The notes under the pieces: generated by a model
What the model was told of the DNA's origin: nothing
What the model saw: the letters and a program-made list of their open reading frames with translations, nothing else
Database searches by the model: none
Made by a program: the position numbers and the translations under genes
Assembly (NCBI GenBank): GCA_001600695.1
Contig: BCKQ01000009.1
Coordinates: 546,772-610,771, forward strand
Direction of reading: 5' to 3'
Length of the DNA: 64,000 nt
Source of the DNA: Ascoidea asiatica JCM 7603
Lineage: Eukaryota > Fungi > Ascomycota
In this document: piece after piece, positions 43,100 to 54,176 of the stretch
How positions within the stretch are numbered: position 1 is the stretch's first letter
How the letters are laid out: the number at the start of each line of letters is the position of its first letter

Positions 43100-44583
43100 T
43101 TTGAATAATTATTATATAATTTGAGTTTGAATTTGAATTTGAATTTGAATTTGAATTTGAATTTGAATTTTTTTTTTACTTAAATAAAAATGTTAACTAA
43201 TTTGTAAATTAATAATTTGGTTAAGGAAATAACTTAAATTTGAATTGGAAATTATAAATTGAATTGATTATAAAATATCAATAATAGAATAGGATTAGAT
43301 TAGAATAAAATGTAGTTGGACAAATTTAAAATTAGTTAAACGAAGGAAAACTTTCAAGTATTTGTATGAATTATTTGTAAGTTGAATATGATAAAATTTT
43401 TAATTTCTTACAATCAGTTGATTAAAGATCAAAAGGAAATAATAAAAATATGATTAAAAATAAGAATGAGAATAAAATTTAATAAAATTGAATAAATATT
43501 TGTTGTGGTGATAAAACTCTTAATTGAATTAAATAGAATAATTTCAAAAAAATCAAAGGAATTTGGTTCATTTAAGTACATATGATATGATATGCCAGAA
43601 AGGATATTTATTTTACAATTAAAAATAAATTGAGGCACTTCATAATTCTTTAAAACTTGTTCATTTCTTTCAAAAGGAATATTATTGAAAAAAAATAAAC
43701 ATTTTCTAATAAAAAAAACAAAACAAAAAACAAAATTGCCAATTAAGTAATAAAAAAAATCATTTTAAAAACAATGATTTTTAAACCAAAATTCCTATCT
43801 TGACAGGCCTTTAAAATAAAACCTTAGACAATCAAATTGGATGTCCTCAATTGTTCTTGAAACCCCTTTAACTAAGAAAACATTATGTCAATATTCAAAG
43901 AAATAACCAAGAAAAAAGCTGTCAATATTTTCATTATTCAATAGAAAGCACCTTAACAACCAGAACTATTTGAAAAATCACTCCTGTGGATATTATGCAA
44001 TTATCAGAGTTGTCTGCCCAAGTGGTCCCGATATAAATAAATTATTGGTTCCAGATCATCAAAGAATACCGATAAAAATTTCCATTATTTGAATAATTTA
44101 TTCAAAATATTCAATATATTCTTTTTTGTTATTGTAAATTGAAATATTTATTTTTTTGCAATTCAATTTTGTAAACACTTCAAAAAAAATATTCTCTTAA
44201 ATCCTTAAATTCCATCTGCTGATGCTCAGGCAGTAAATTCAATTTTAAGACCCGCACAAGTGGTAATAAAATAAATCCATGATCTGATTCACGGTTTTTA
44301 ATGGGATTCGCACCGGATTTGAATTCTTTTTTATCTGAATAATTCCTTTGAGGACCCTTTTTATTGTTATTGAAAATTGGACAGAATTTTAAAACTGATT
44401 TGACTCAATAAAGGTATCATTTTATTTTCTCAATTTATTTTTAGATTTAATGAGTAATTAAAAATTTAAATAGGAAATAAGACTGTAAATATAGTGAAAA
44501 AAAAATTAAATTTTTTGAATCTTTACATAAATTACTAATAGTACAAGTTAAATAGAATCACAAGGGCAAAAAAAAAAATATAA

Positions 44584-47500
44584 CTATATATCAATTGAAA
44601 AATGTTTTAAGACCATACCATCAAGTTCAAAATCAACTTTAGATGGTGTCTTTAATGATAAAACCTTGGGTTTATTTTCTTTTTCTATAGACAGCTCATC
44701 TTTATCCTTTTCATTCTCTTTAATTTCACCTTTACTCAGTGGTCTTTTCAATTGTTCAATATCTTTATTAACCCATTTCTTAAATCTCTTATTAGATTTG
44801 AATAAAGTTCTTGATAAACTATCTGCAAATTCTCCATAATCAAATACTCTTTTATTTTCAGTATAATCTTTAAGAATATCCTCATCATCTTTACTATCCA
44901 ATACATGCTCTAGTTCTTTTTCGGCAAAATATTTCAAATTACCTTCTTTGACTCTATTAGTGAAAAAGCTTTCATGTTTTTCCTTCAAAAATTCATTGAA
45001 AACTCTTTCCAATTTACGATTTTTTCTTCCATCTGTGAATTGTAATAATTTTTCTCCGTTTTCCGTTATGATCAGTCCATCCTTATCTGTTTTAACAGGT
45101 TCCTTACTTAAAAGATACATACTTTTTTTATAATTTTTCACCTCTGGTTTTAAATTATTAGTTTTCAAATTCTTTACATTATTTACATTCTCAGCTTCAA
45201 CAGGATTTGAACTTAAAGTGGATTTCACAAGTTTTACCTTTTTTATAGCAGGGGCAATGGCTATAGGAGAATTCATTCTAGAATTATTAGAAATTTTACT
45301 AACTCTTCCACTTTTAGCAGTTTTGGAAACCTTTGGTGTTCTAGACCCTCTAGGGTTTACGACTTTGAATGATTTAGAATCTTTAGAATCTTTAGAAGCT
45401 TTAGAAGCTTTAGAAGTTCTTGACCCTCTAGAAGGTTTTATAATATTAGAATATTTAACATCTTTAGATTCCTTTAAAGGAATCTCAAAAGAGGTTTCAT
45501 TGAACTCTTTGAAATCTATTGAGTCTTTAGAATCTTCGGTATCTTCAGAATCTTTAGATTCTTTATATTTTGTTCCTCTAACTTCCATAGAATATTTAGG
45601 ATCTTCAATAATCCTTATTCTCTTTGAATCATTGGAATCTTTGACAGATTTAGAAATAATTAATTTTGAATTTTTATGAGGAGCAGTACTATTATTAGGA
45701 GTATAAGGGGTTGTCATTGATTTTACAGTTGTTACAGGTTTAAAAGCACTAAAATTAACATTATTTGGACCTGGTGCATTTACTGAATTTAATGGTAATG
45801 CATCATTAATATTAAAAATTAATTGTGAATCCGAAAAATTACCATTATGTTCTTCATTAAAATCATTAGAATTTGGTGTGGTGACTACAGATTTAGTTGT
45901 TTTAGGAGCTACTGAATTACTTTTTTGATTTCTTTCATTAGGATCTTTATTTTTACTACCTTTTGGTCTACCTCTTCTTGGAACATGAATTATTTTTTGA
46001 GTTGGTTTATCATTTTCATCAATAATTATTGAAGTTAAAGAATAATCTTCATTATCTTCGGCAATAAATTTTTTTCGAAGTTCAACCATTTCATTACCAT
46101 AATTTAATTCTTCTGGTGTATCAATATCATAAAGTTCATTTGAATCAATTGGTTCTAATAATGGAATTGAATATGGAGGAATTTCATTATGTTGAGGTAA
46201 ACCATCATAATCATTAAAAGGATTAAATTCCAATTCACTTTTAGTTAAGTTTGTTTCTAAATAAGCATATAAGATCCATAAAAATCTTCTTGCTCTACTT
46301 ATGGGAGATGTTTTCCAATTTAAAAAAATTGAAGAAAATGGAGATTCTTTTTGATTTTTTAAAGATCTTTTCATTTCAATCATAAATTCAAATTTTTCTC
46401 TTTCTCTTTCTCTTGATTCTTCTAATCTTTCTTTCTTATAAGAAGGATTATTAACATAATTAGTTTCAAAACTTTCTTCAAATTCTTTTTCTAAAAGTAT
46501 TTCATCTTCATCAGGTTCAGCTTTTGTTGAAGGAGAATAATTTGAAATATGTTCATTAATTAAATCTTCATATTGACATAATAAAAAAATTAAATTAATT
46601 GAATTTGTTTTTGGAAATTTATGTTTTGGAATTTTAGTAGTATCAAATAAATCTTTAAAAGTTGAAGGTTCTTTTAAACCATTACTTGGTTCACAACTTG
46701 CTTTTAAAATCATTTTTAATCTTGGAGAATCTTGTAATAATTTTGTATTACCTTTATTTGTTGATAAATTATGATGATGTTGTAAAACAGGTATTGAATG
46801 ATAAGTTCTTAATTGAGATTTCATTTCTGGTACAAAATTTACAGTTGTATTCATTCTACCAACATTAACTAATAAAGAAACCATTGCTACTGGTATACTC
46901 ATATTTTTATGATATATTAATCTATCTTTTAAAACTTTTGAACATTTAGTTGAATAAGCCATTGCTTGAATATATAAATCAGAAAATGTTAATTTTTCAA
47001 TAGAATTTGGTTTTAAAAAATTTGTAAAAACTTTTTTTTCATCAGAGAATATATAAGTTAATAAATCATATTGTATATCTTTTCTCCATAATGGTTGACC
47101 ATCAAGTTTTTTAATATGACGAACTTTAGCATTAATTAAAGAATTTTGAGTTGCTTTTTTTTTTTGAGATATTAAATTTGAAGTTGAAGAAGAACGAGAA
47201 TTTGTATTTGTATTTATATTTGTATCTATACTATGATTATTAGTAGTAATTGTACTGGTACTATTATTATTACTATTATTATCTTCATCAAGATTATCAT
47301 CATTAATATTGGTTGAATTTTTTTGATAATTTTCTATTGGAAATTCTGATTTTATATTTATTGGAGAATTAATTTTTGATTGAATTTTTAATGGATTTTT
47401 TTTTGAAATTTTTGATTGAATTTTAGATTTATATTTTTTTGAAGTTTTTTTAATTTTTTTATTAATACCATTTGAAATTAATTGATTATTATTTATTAAA

Positions 47501-48372
47501 GGATTATTTATATTTGAATTTTGAATTTGAGTTTGAATTGGAATTTGAGAATAAGAAGATAAATTATTAGTATTGTTATTGGTATTGATATTGGAATGAT
47601 TATTTTGAAATTGAGGATTTGAATGAATTTGATTATTAATTGGATTACTTATACTATTATCTAAAAGAGAATGAATATTACTTTGATGTTGATGAGTCGG
47701 TATAGAATTATTTTTATATGAATTATCTGGATTTAATATATTATTGAAAGAGTTATTACTTATGTTATTACTTATGTTATTGCTTATATTATTGTTATTA
47801 TTATATGAATTAATATAGGTATTTTGATTATTATTATTATTATTATTATAAGAATTAGTTGATGAATAAGGGGTATTATAGTTATTGTTATTATTATTAA
47901 TATTATTATCAGAATTAAGTAAATTATTAATTCTATTTGAATTATTTTGATTTATTGAAGGTAATGAATAATTATTATAATTATTAATTTGATTTAAATT
48001 ATTTGAATGAATATTATTATTTAATGGAATTGGAATTGGAATTTGGTTTTGGTTTTGGTTTTGGTTTTGGTTTTGGTTCTGATTTGGATTTGGATCAGGA
48101 TCATTTGATAATAAACTTGAAATATCCATTTTTTTATTATGAGATTTAATATTATTATTATTATTAATGGTATTTGAATTTAAAATATTTGGATATGATA
48201 CATTAGATATATTTGTATTTGGACTTGAATTTGAATTTGAATTAATTGTTATATTTGAATTAGAATTATTAATAATTGAATTTGAATTTGAATTTGAATT
48301 TGAATTTGAAAAATTTAAATTATTTTCATTATCAAGATCATGAACCGGGTCATAATGTGTTTTATAGGACAT
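44584..48372 (-). CDS. IES1: INO80 chromatin-remodelling complex subunit Ies1
   Basis: RHIKKLDGQPLWRKDIQYDLL, TFSDLYI, SKVLKDRL, LLVNVGRMNTTVNFVPEMKSQLRTYHSIPVLQ, LQDSPRLKMILK, RARRFLWILYAYLET, DIDTPEE. Confidence 0.92.
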   Translation of the reverse strand: MSYKTHYDPVHDLDNENNLNFSNSNSNSNSNSIINNSNSNITINSNSNSSPNTNISNVSYPNILNSNTINNNNNIKSHNKKMDISSLLSNDPDPNPNQNQNQNQNQNQNQIPIPIPLNNNIHSNNLNQINNYNNYSLPSINQNNSNRINNLLNSDNNINNNNNNYNTPYSSTNSYNNNNNNNQNTYINSYNNNNNISNNISNNISNNSFNNILNPDNSYKNNSIPTHQHQSNIHSLLDNSISNPINNQIHSNPQFQNNHSNINTNNNTNNLSSYSQIPIQTQIQNSNINNPLINNNQLISNGINKKIKKTSKKYKSKIQSKISKKNPLKIQSKINSPINIKSEFPIENYQKNSTNINDDNLDEDNNSNNNSTSTITTNNHSIDTNINTNTNSRSSSTSNLISQKKKATQNSLINAKVRHIKKLDGQPLWRKDIQYDLLTYIFSDEKKVFTNFLKPNSIEKLTFSDLYIQAMAYSTKCSKVLKDRLIYHKNMSIPVAMVSLLVNVGRMNTTVNFVPEMKSQLRTYHSIPVLQHHHNLSTNKGNTKLLQDSPRLKMILKASCEPSNGLKEPSTFKDLFDTTKIPKHKFPKTNSINLIFLLCQYEDLINEHISNYSPSTKAEPDEDEILLEKEFEESFETNYVNNPSYKKERLEESREREREKFEFMIEMKRSLKNQKESPFSSIFLNWKTSPISRARRFLWILYAYLETNLTKSELEFNPFNDYDGLPQHNEIPPYSIPLLEPIDSNELYDIDTPEELNYGNEMVELRKKFIAEDNEDYSLTSIIIDENDKPTQKIIHVPRRGRPKGSKNKDPNERNQKSNSVAPKTTKSVVTTPNSNDFNEEHNGNFSDSQLIFNINDALPLNSVNAPGPNNVNFSAFKPVTTVKSMTTPYTPNNSTAPHKNSKLIISKSVKDSNDSKRIRIIEDPKYSMEVRGTKYKESKDSEDTEDSKDSIDFKEFNETSFEIPLKESKDVKYSNIIKPSRGSRTSKASKASKDSKDSKSFKVVNPRGSRTPKVSKTAKSGRVSKISNNSRMNSPIAIAPAIKKVKLVKSTLSSNPVEAENVNNVKNLKTNNLKPEVKNYKKSMYLLSKEPVKTDKDGLIITENGEKLLQFTDGRKNRKLERVFNEFLKEKHESFFTNRVKEGNLKYFAEKELEHVLDSKDDEDILKDYTENKRVFDYGEFADSLSRTLFKSNKRFKKWVNKDIEQLKRPLSKGEIKENEKDKDELSIEKENKPKVLSLKTPSKVDFELDGMVLKHFSIDI

Positions 48373-49659
48373 TTTTAAATGTGACTATAAAATTTATATT
48401 TAAAAGTTAATTTATTAATATTTATTAATTTTTATTTGTATTTATTAGTAATTAATATAAGATTGAGTAAAATATAATAAAAGTAATATATATATAATGT
48501 AAATATAATGTAGATATGATATAATATAATGTAGATATAATTGTATAATATAATATAATATAATATAATATAATATTATATAATATATTAATAGGAGTGA
48601 TAAAGTTTTGAAAGAATATTAAATTGAATATGAATTTTGAATAATTATAAGATCATTAATTTTAATTATCAGATAATATATAAATATTTTATATATTTAA
48701 TTTGAATATAATAGAAACTGATAGCTGAGAATAAGTTAAAACGAATATTAATATTAATATGAATATGAATATGAGTATGAATATAGATATGAATATAATA
48801 TAAATGGAAATGGAAATGGAAATAAAGATATATTTATATATTTGTAGTTATGATTGTTTTAGTGTAGATAAATATAAATATAAATATAAATATAAATATA
48901 AATATAATTAAATAATGATTAGAGTATAAAGTATTTAGTTTTATTAGTAGTACAAGTTGTTTTTAAATGATAAGTCATAAAGGTTCAATTATTCAATAAC
49001 ATTAACAATAAAAGAAGTTTTAGAATATTTAGAATATTTAAAATATTTAGAATATTTAAAATATTTAGAAGCTCCGATATTTAATATATTGCTTTATATC
49101 TATTATATCACTTTATTAATATATCTATTCAAATGTATGTTATGATTATAGTATTATTATATTCAATAATCAATAATCATTGGTCATTTGGTTATTTGGT
49201 TATTTTGTAGTATATTTATTTCATATATCAACAATAATAATAATAATAATAATAATAATAGTAATGATAATAGTAAAAGTTTATCAATTCAAGAGCATTT
49301 CAGATATTTCTTATGAAATTGGAGATTGCTCACAAAGTGATTTTATCTTTATTAATAGGTTTATTAATAAGTTTATTGCAAAGGTATTTTTCTACTTTTC
49401 TACTTTTCTATTTTTCTATTTTCTCTTTTTGGTTAGAGTTAATTACTTTTTGCTGGGTATTTTTCTGAGAAAGTGCGTATACTTCTTTTGTTATTACATT
49501 ATTAAATTGTTATTTTATCACTTTATTACTGTAATTTTACAACTTCAGTACTGAAGTGGGTATTCAATTAAGTAGGTTTTGTATTCTGTATACATTATAT
49601 CGTTGTATTTCTTCTTATTTCCTGTTATTTCTTGTTATCGTTACTTTAATTGTATACGA

Positions 49660-49860
49660 TTATTATCACACCAGGACGTATGGCGGCGTGTACTGCCACC
49701 AGTAAACGCAGTAAAACATGTGAGTACATATTTCTCTAGTCACGCGCTTTCCAGAGTCCAAATCTGAGGTTGTTTGCTTTTTTTTTTTTAATTCTATTTT
49801 CAAATTCAGTTTCAGACTCAAATCCAGCACTACGGTTCTGGATGTTTTATTCCGGAGATG
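49660..49860. promoter_or_regulatory. GC-rich island upstream of IES1
   Basis: Local GC peak with GGCGGC (URS1-core-like), TGCCACC (Rpn4-like core) and ACGCG; poly(dT) tract adjacent. Confidence 0.35.
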
Positions 49861-50214
49861 ATTGAGTAAACTTACAAAGTAATTTATAAACAAAGAAAAG
49901 AAAACAAAAGAAAATGAAATGAAATGAATATTGAATTAATTATTATTAAATATATTTTTTTTTTGACTATAAAATTTAAAATAAACCATCTTCTTTGGAT
50001 TGTAAAACAAAAATTTAAAATAAATAAATAAATAAATAAATAAACACAAGTTAAAGTTAAAATTAAAAAAAAATAAAAAATTACAAATAAATAACCAAAG
50101 ATTTGTAATTAAAATTGTAATTTAAATTGACCATACATGATTTGAATTGACATTAATTGACCTTAATTTAATTAATTTAACTAATTTAATTAGTTTTTAG
50201 TTAAGTTAAGTTAT

Positions 50215-50334
50215 TTAAAAGTTATTTAAAGCAGTTTTTCTATTCTTAATTTTTTTATTAATGAAAATAGCACAAACAGCTAAAAAGATACAGAAAACAA
50301 TACAAAAAACTAAGATAACTCCTGGTGGTAACAT
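50215..50334 (-). CDS. PMP1: Plasma-membrane H+-ATPase regulatory proteolipid (Pmp1/Pmp2 family), 39 aa
   Basis: MLPPGVILVFCIVFCIFLAVCAIFINKKIKNRKTALNNF* matches the Pmp1 pattern (LPGGVILVF, single TM helix, basic tail, L-x-x-F end). AAAATG context; TATATAAAAG at 50592-50583. Confidence 0.88.
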   Translation of the reverse strand: MLPPGVILVFCIVFCIFLAVCAIFINKKIKNRKTALNNF

Positions 50335-50340
50335 TTTGAA

Positions 50341-50419
50341 CTGAAATAATATATTATTAGTATTAAAGAATAGAATAATAAAAAAATAGAAGAATTAAAG
50401 AAGCAACTAAATAACTTAC
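50341..50419 (-). other. Probable 5'-UTR intron of the PMP1-like gene (79 nt)
   Basis: GTAAGT donor (50419-50414), TACTAAT branch-like site (50362-50356), CAG acceptor ending at 50341, 6 nt before the ATG. Confidence 0.55.
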
Positions 50420-50695
50420 AATTTATAATTTGATTAATTTAATTTGATTTAATTTATTGATTTTATTTATATTAATTATATATATAATATTATAATTTAA
50501 AATATCTCAAGAAAATACAAATTCTAAAAAAGTAAAAATTTTAATAAAAAAAATATGTATAAAAAAATTGAGTAATATTGACCTTTTATATAATTTATAA
50601 TAATTCATAATAATTTGAATAAGGGGATGAGCATTTCCGCGAGTATTAATTACAAATTACTTATTAAAATTGTACGGTAATTGAACCAACCGTAA

Positions 50696-50743
50696 AGTGT
50701 AGAAGTGTAGAAGTGTAGTAGTGTAGAAGTGAAGAAGTGAAGA
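50696..50743. repeat. 8-bp tandem repeat (AGTGTAGA-like, ~6 copies)
   Basis: agtgtagaagtgtagaagtgtagtagtgtagaagtgaagaagtgaaga. Confidence 0.75.
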
Positions 50744-51199
50744 AAGCTTGAACAGAATGGTTGCGTGGGTTAAACCACTAATTTACTACTAATTTACTAC
50801 ACTGCTACAATTATTCGAGTAGTAAATTTTATCAAATAATTTCTTTCCAACCAGTTAAAAAGCTTAAAATAATTTCATTTTTCAAAATGTCTTACTTTAT
50901 TACTATTTTACTATTTTACTTACTGTATTTATTATCTTCATTTTATTATTCAAGTTTTGTTTTAGTCTTACTTGAATATTATTACTTTAGTTATTTCATT
51001 CCTTTTTAAATAATCATTGATATTTATTAATATTTATTAATATTTATTCGAATAATATAAAAGTATTCCATAATAGTATTCCATAAAGGATTATCCGACG
51101 AGTTCTTTTATTATCATAATTATTACTACTACTTCTTGTTACGATAGTCAAGAATTAAACATTATTGGTCAATTATTTTAAAAAGTGAGATTTATCGAC

Positions 51200-51540
51200 A
51201 TGCGCTTACGTAATCCCCGATGATGAGATTAAATAAAATATTTTTTTTTAAGAAAAAAAAAGATAAAGATTATCCATAAAAAAATAATTTGAGAAAAATT
51301 AATCAAATTTCAATTGAAATTGAACTAAACAAGAACTGGAATTGCTCAATTGGGAAGTCCCGACGTATCCGAAAACAGATACAATCCGAAATTTACAATA
51401 TTTATGCATGTTACGTAACTTACAACGAAAATTAATTAAATTAATTAAATCAATTAAATTGAATAAATTGAATAAATTGAATAATAAATTTATTTTCATG
51501 ATCGCCATCACCTGAAATGAAGAAAACTATCCGGGTAATT
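51200..51540. promoter_or_regulatory. Upstream regulatory cluster, probably for the PMP1-like gene
   Basis: TTACGTAA at 51206-51213 and 51411-51418; CCGGGTAA (Reb1-like) at 51531-51538. Confidence 0.45.
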
Positions 51541-51613
51541 ACTACAATACAATAATAATACACTTAATAATATTACCTCAATTAAATATCAATTCGAATA
51601 AAGATTTGAATAT

Positions 51614-52597
51614 TCAATTTAATATATTACTATTTAAATTATTTATACTATTTATATTAATATTATTAATATTATTAATATTATTAAGATTATTGAAATA
51701 ATTATCATAATAATTAGATTTTAAATCATTATAACAACACAATGGATTTATTAACTTAGTTTTATTTTCAAATTCTTCAGTTTCATTATCCTTATCATCA
51801 AAGTTATTATCATTATCAAAATCATTATCATTATCATTATCATTATCATGGATTAGATTATTTAAAATTTTTAAACTAATTAAAGAATTTTTAAAAAATG
51901 TATTATTTTGAATTCTTTCAAAATTTAAAATCGAAAAATTTTCTTTTTTAATAGTAACATTATTATTTTCATCATTGTTAACAATTAAATTAAGTTTACT
52001 ATTTAAATTATTGTTATTACTGTTATTGTTATTTTTGGAAAAGTTATTATTTTTATTCTTGATTTTATAATGATTTTTTTTATTTGATTTATTCTTATTT
52101 AAGTTATTATTATTGTTGTTGTTATTATTGGTGGTTACAGGGCTAGTATTTGTTGGTAATGACTTTATGTTAAGTGTTGAAATTGAATTATCTTTCAATT
52201 TATTTGATATTCTTTTTTGATTTAAATTTTGATTTTGATTTTGATTTTGATTTTGATTTGGAGATTGATTAACTATTTCATTAATGTTATTTGAAATGAT
52301 ATTATTATTTTGATTAATGTTATTAATATTACTTAAATTATTGATATTATTAAGAGAATTAAAATTATTGAAATTATTTAAACTATTCAAATTATTAAAA
52401 TCACCTATGGTATTATTACGGCGTTTATTATTTAACATTGCTACATTATTTATATTATTATTATTAATATTAATATTACTATTCATATTATTCATATTAT
52501 TAATGCTATTAATGTTATTAATGTTATTAATGTTATTTATTGGTTTTAATTGAATTGAAGATTTTCTTCTATTTGAATTTGAATAATTCACTGCCAT
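51614..52597 (-). CDS. Hypothetical Asn-rich low-complexity protein, 327 aa
   Basis: ATG-initiated long ORF; RRKSS and RRNNT basic motifs; short ordered patches (FSILNFERIQ, INPLCCY). Confidence 0.6.
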   Translation of the reverse strand: MAVNYSNSNRRKSSIQLKPINNINNINNINSINNMNNMNSNININNNNINNVAMLNNKRRNNTIGDFNNLNSLNNFNNFNSLNNINNLSNINNINQNNNIISNNINEIVNQSPNQNQNQNQNQNLNQKRISNKLKDNSISTLNIKSLPTNTSPVTTNNNNNNNNNLNKNKSNKKNHYKIKNKNNNFSKNNNNSNNNNLNSKLNLIVNNDENNNVTIKKENFSILNFERIQNNTFFKNSLISLKILNNLIHDNDNDNDNDFDNDNNFDDKDNETEEFENKTKLINPLCCYNDLKSNYYDNYFNNLNNINNINNININSINNLNSNILN

Positions 52598-52858
52598 TTT
52601 TCAAAAATATGATACTTTAATTGAACTAATAAATAATAAAAATAATACATTTTTTTTTTCAACTTATAATCATCAGGTTTTCAATATCTTTTTATATTAC
52701 TTCATTTACTTTTTCGATTTTGTGGTTATTTGTAATTAGTAATTAATTAATTAGTTACATAATTTATTGTACCTTGTTTTCTTATATCCTTGTAAATTAA
52801 TTTATTCTAAATTGTATTCTAGACACTCAACAGGGATTAACATTACATTAATTAACTA

Positions 52859-53686
52859 TTAACTGGATGTCTTTGAACCAAAATCAGTACCGGGTGAATC
52901 ACCAGCAGAGGAAATCACAGAAGAACTGTTGTTGTTGTCGTTATTGTTACTGCTGCTGCTACTGACGGAGGAACTGATGTTGTTGTTGCTGTTGCTGTTG
53001 CCGGATGGACGAGTTGTAAGAACCTTGTCTACTATTCCGTACTCCAAGGCCTCACTGGGATCAAAGAACTTGTCTCTCTCCAACAAAAGGGAGATTTCTC
53101 TGGTGGTGATTTCACTTCGCATGTGTTTCTGATAAAGCAGCTGAATCTTTTCTCTGGTGCTTAAGATGTGTTTGGCATGGATTGCAATATCTGAGGCCTG
53201 ACCCTGAAAGCCACCTGAGGGCTGATGCAACATGACTGTGGCATTTGGTAAGATGGATCTTTTACCATGTTCTCCTGCTGCTAATAACAATGAGGCCATT
53301 GAACAGGCTTGTCCTATGCAAAGTGTCCTTACTGGGGATCTGATGAAGTTCATGGTGTCGTAGATTCCCAATCCTGCTGTCACTGATCCTCCGGGGCTGT
53401 TGATATACATGGAAATGGCTCTTGTTGGTGCTTCACTCTCAAGAAATAGAAGCTGTGCTGTAATTGATGTAGAAATATTATCATCAATGGGTCCTGTGAG
53501 ATAAATGATTCTTTCTGCTAAAAGCTTTGAAAATACATCATACGCATTTGTACCTTTTCTATCCAACACAAATGGAACTGAATTTTGAATATTATAATAT
53601 CTTCTTATTATTATATTACCACCATAAAGACCATTTATTTGATTAATCTTATTGATTTTACTTATATTTTTCAATAAAAAACTCAT
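52859..53686 (-). CDS. CLPP: Mitochondrial ATP-dependent Clp protease proteolytic subunit
   Basis: Basic presequence; YDVFSKLLAERIIYL, AQLLFLE, YINSPGGSVTAGLGIYDTM; catalytic triad GQACSM (Ser), MLHQP (His), ERDKF (Asp); EYGIVD. Confidence 0.96.
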   Translation of the reverse strand: MSFLLKNISKINKINQINGLYGGNIIIRRYYNIQNSVPFVLDRKGTNAYDVFSKLLAERIIYLTGPIDDNISTSITAQLLFLESEAPTRAISMYINSPGGSVTAGLGIYDTMNFIRSPVRTLCIGQACSMASLLLAAGEHGKRSILPNATVMLHQPSGGFQGQASDIAIHAKHILSTREKIQLLYQKHMRSEITTREISLLLERDKFFDPSEALEYGIVDKVLTTRPSGNSNSNNNISSSVSSSSSNNNDNNNSSSVISSAGDSPGTDFGSKTSS

Positions 53687-54176
53687 TATTCAACTGTAAA
53701 TCAATTAGAATCCCTTATGATCCCTTATCACTAGCCAAGAATATTGTATTATCTTTAGTCCTTAGAATCTATTTAGTTACCGTGTTTTATATATCTCCTG
53801 TAAATAAATTTCACCTTAAGTTTATTCAAGTAACCAGATTTCTTAATGAATATCCAATATAATATAATATTAAATATAATACAATACACTCAATATCAAA
53901 AACAATAATTCTTTTATCTTTAAGTATCAAATTATATTAAAACCTTATCAATTCTCTCATTCACTCAATTTCCATTTTCCTCTTTTTATCAAATCAAATT
54001 TATCTTTAACCCCACACTCCGATATCCCCGAGTAGAGAAAGAGATTCCATATTCATGGTCTCTGAAAAAATAAATAAAAAATAAAATTTATTCAATAGTA
54101 CATTTTTATTATGTATTAAATATAAATATTGATATAAATATTAATCTACTTACATTATTTTAATCATTTAAATCAT

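Noticed and set aside
44300-44320. GGATTCGCACC resembling a reversed tRNA B-box (similar word near 57799)
   Set aside because: No cloverleaf or A-box can be built around either site.
48385-48450. Possible 5'-UTR intron acceptor before IES1 (TACTAAT...TAG)
   Set aside because: No plausible donor between the promoter island and this site.
51345-51400. TGGGAAGTCCCG resembling an RNase P/MRP conserved region
   Set aside because: No partner conserved region or pairing found; better explained as promoter DNA.
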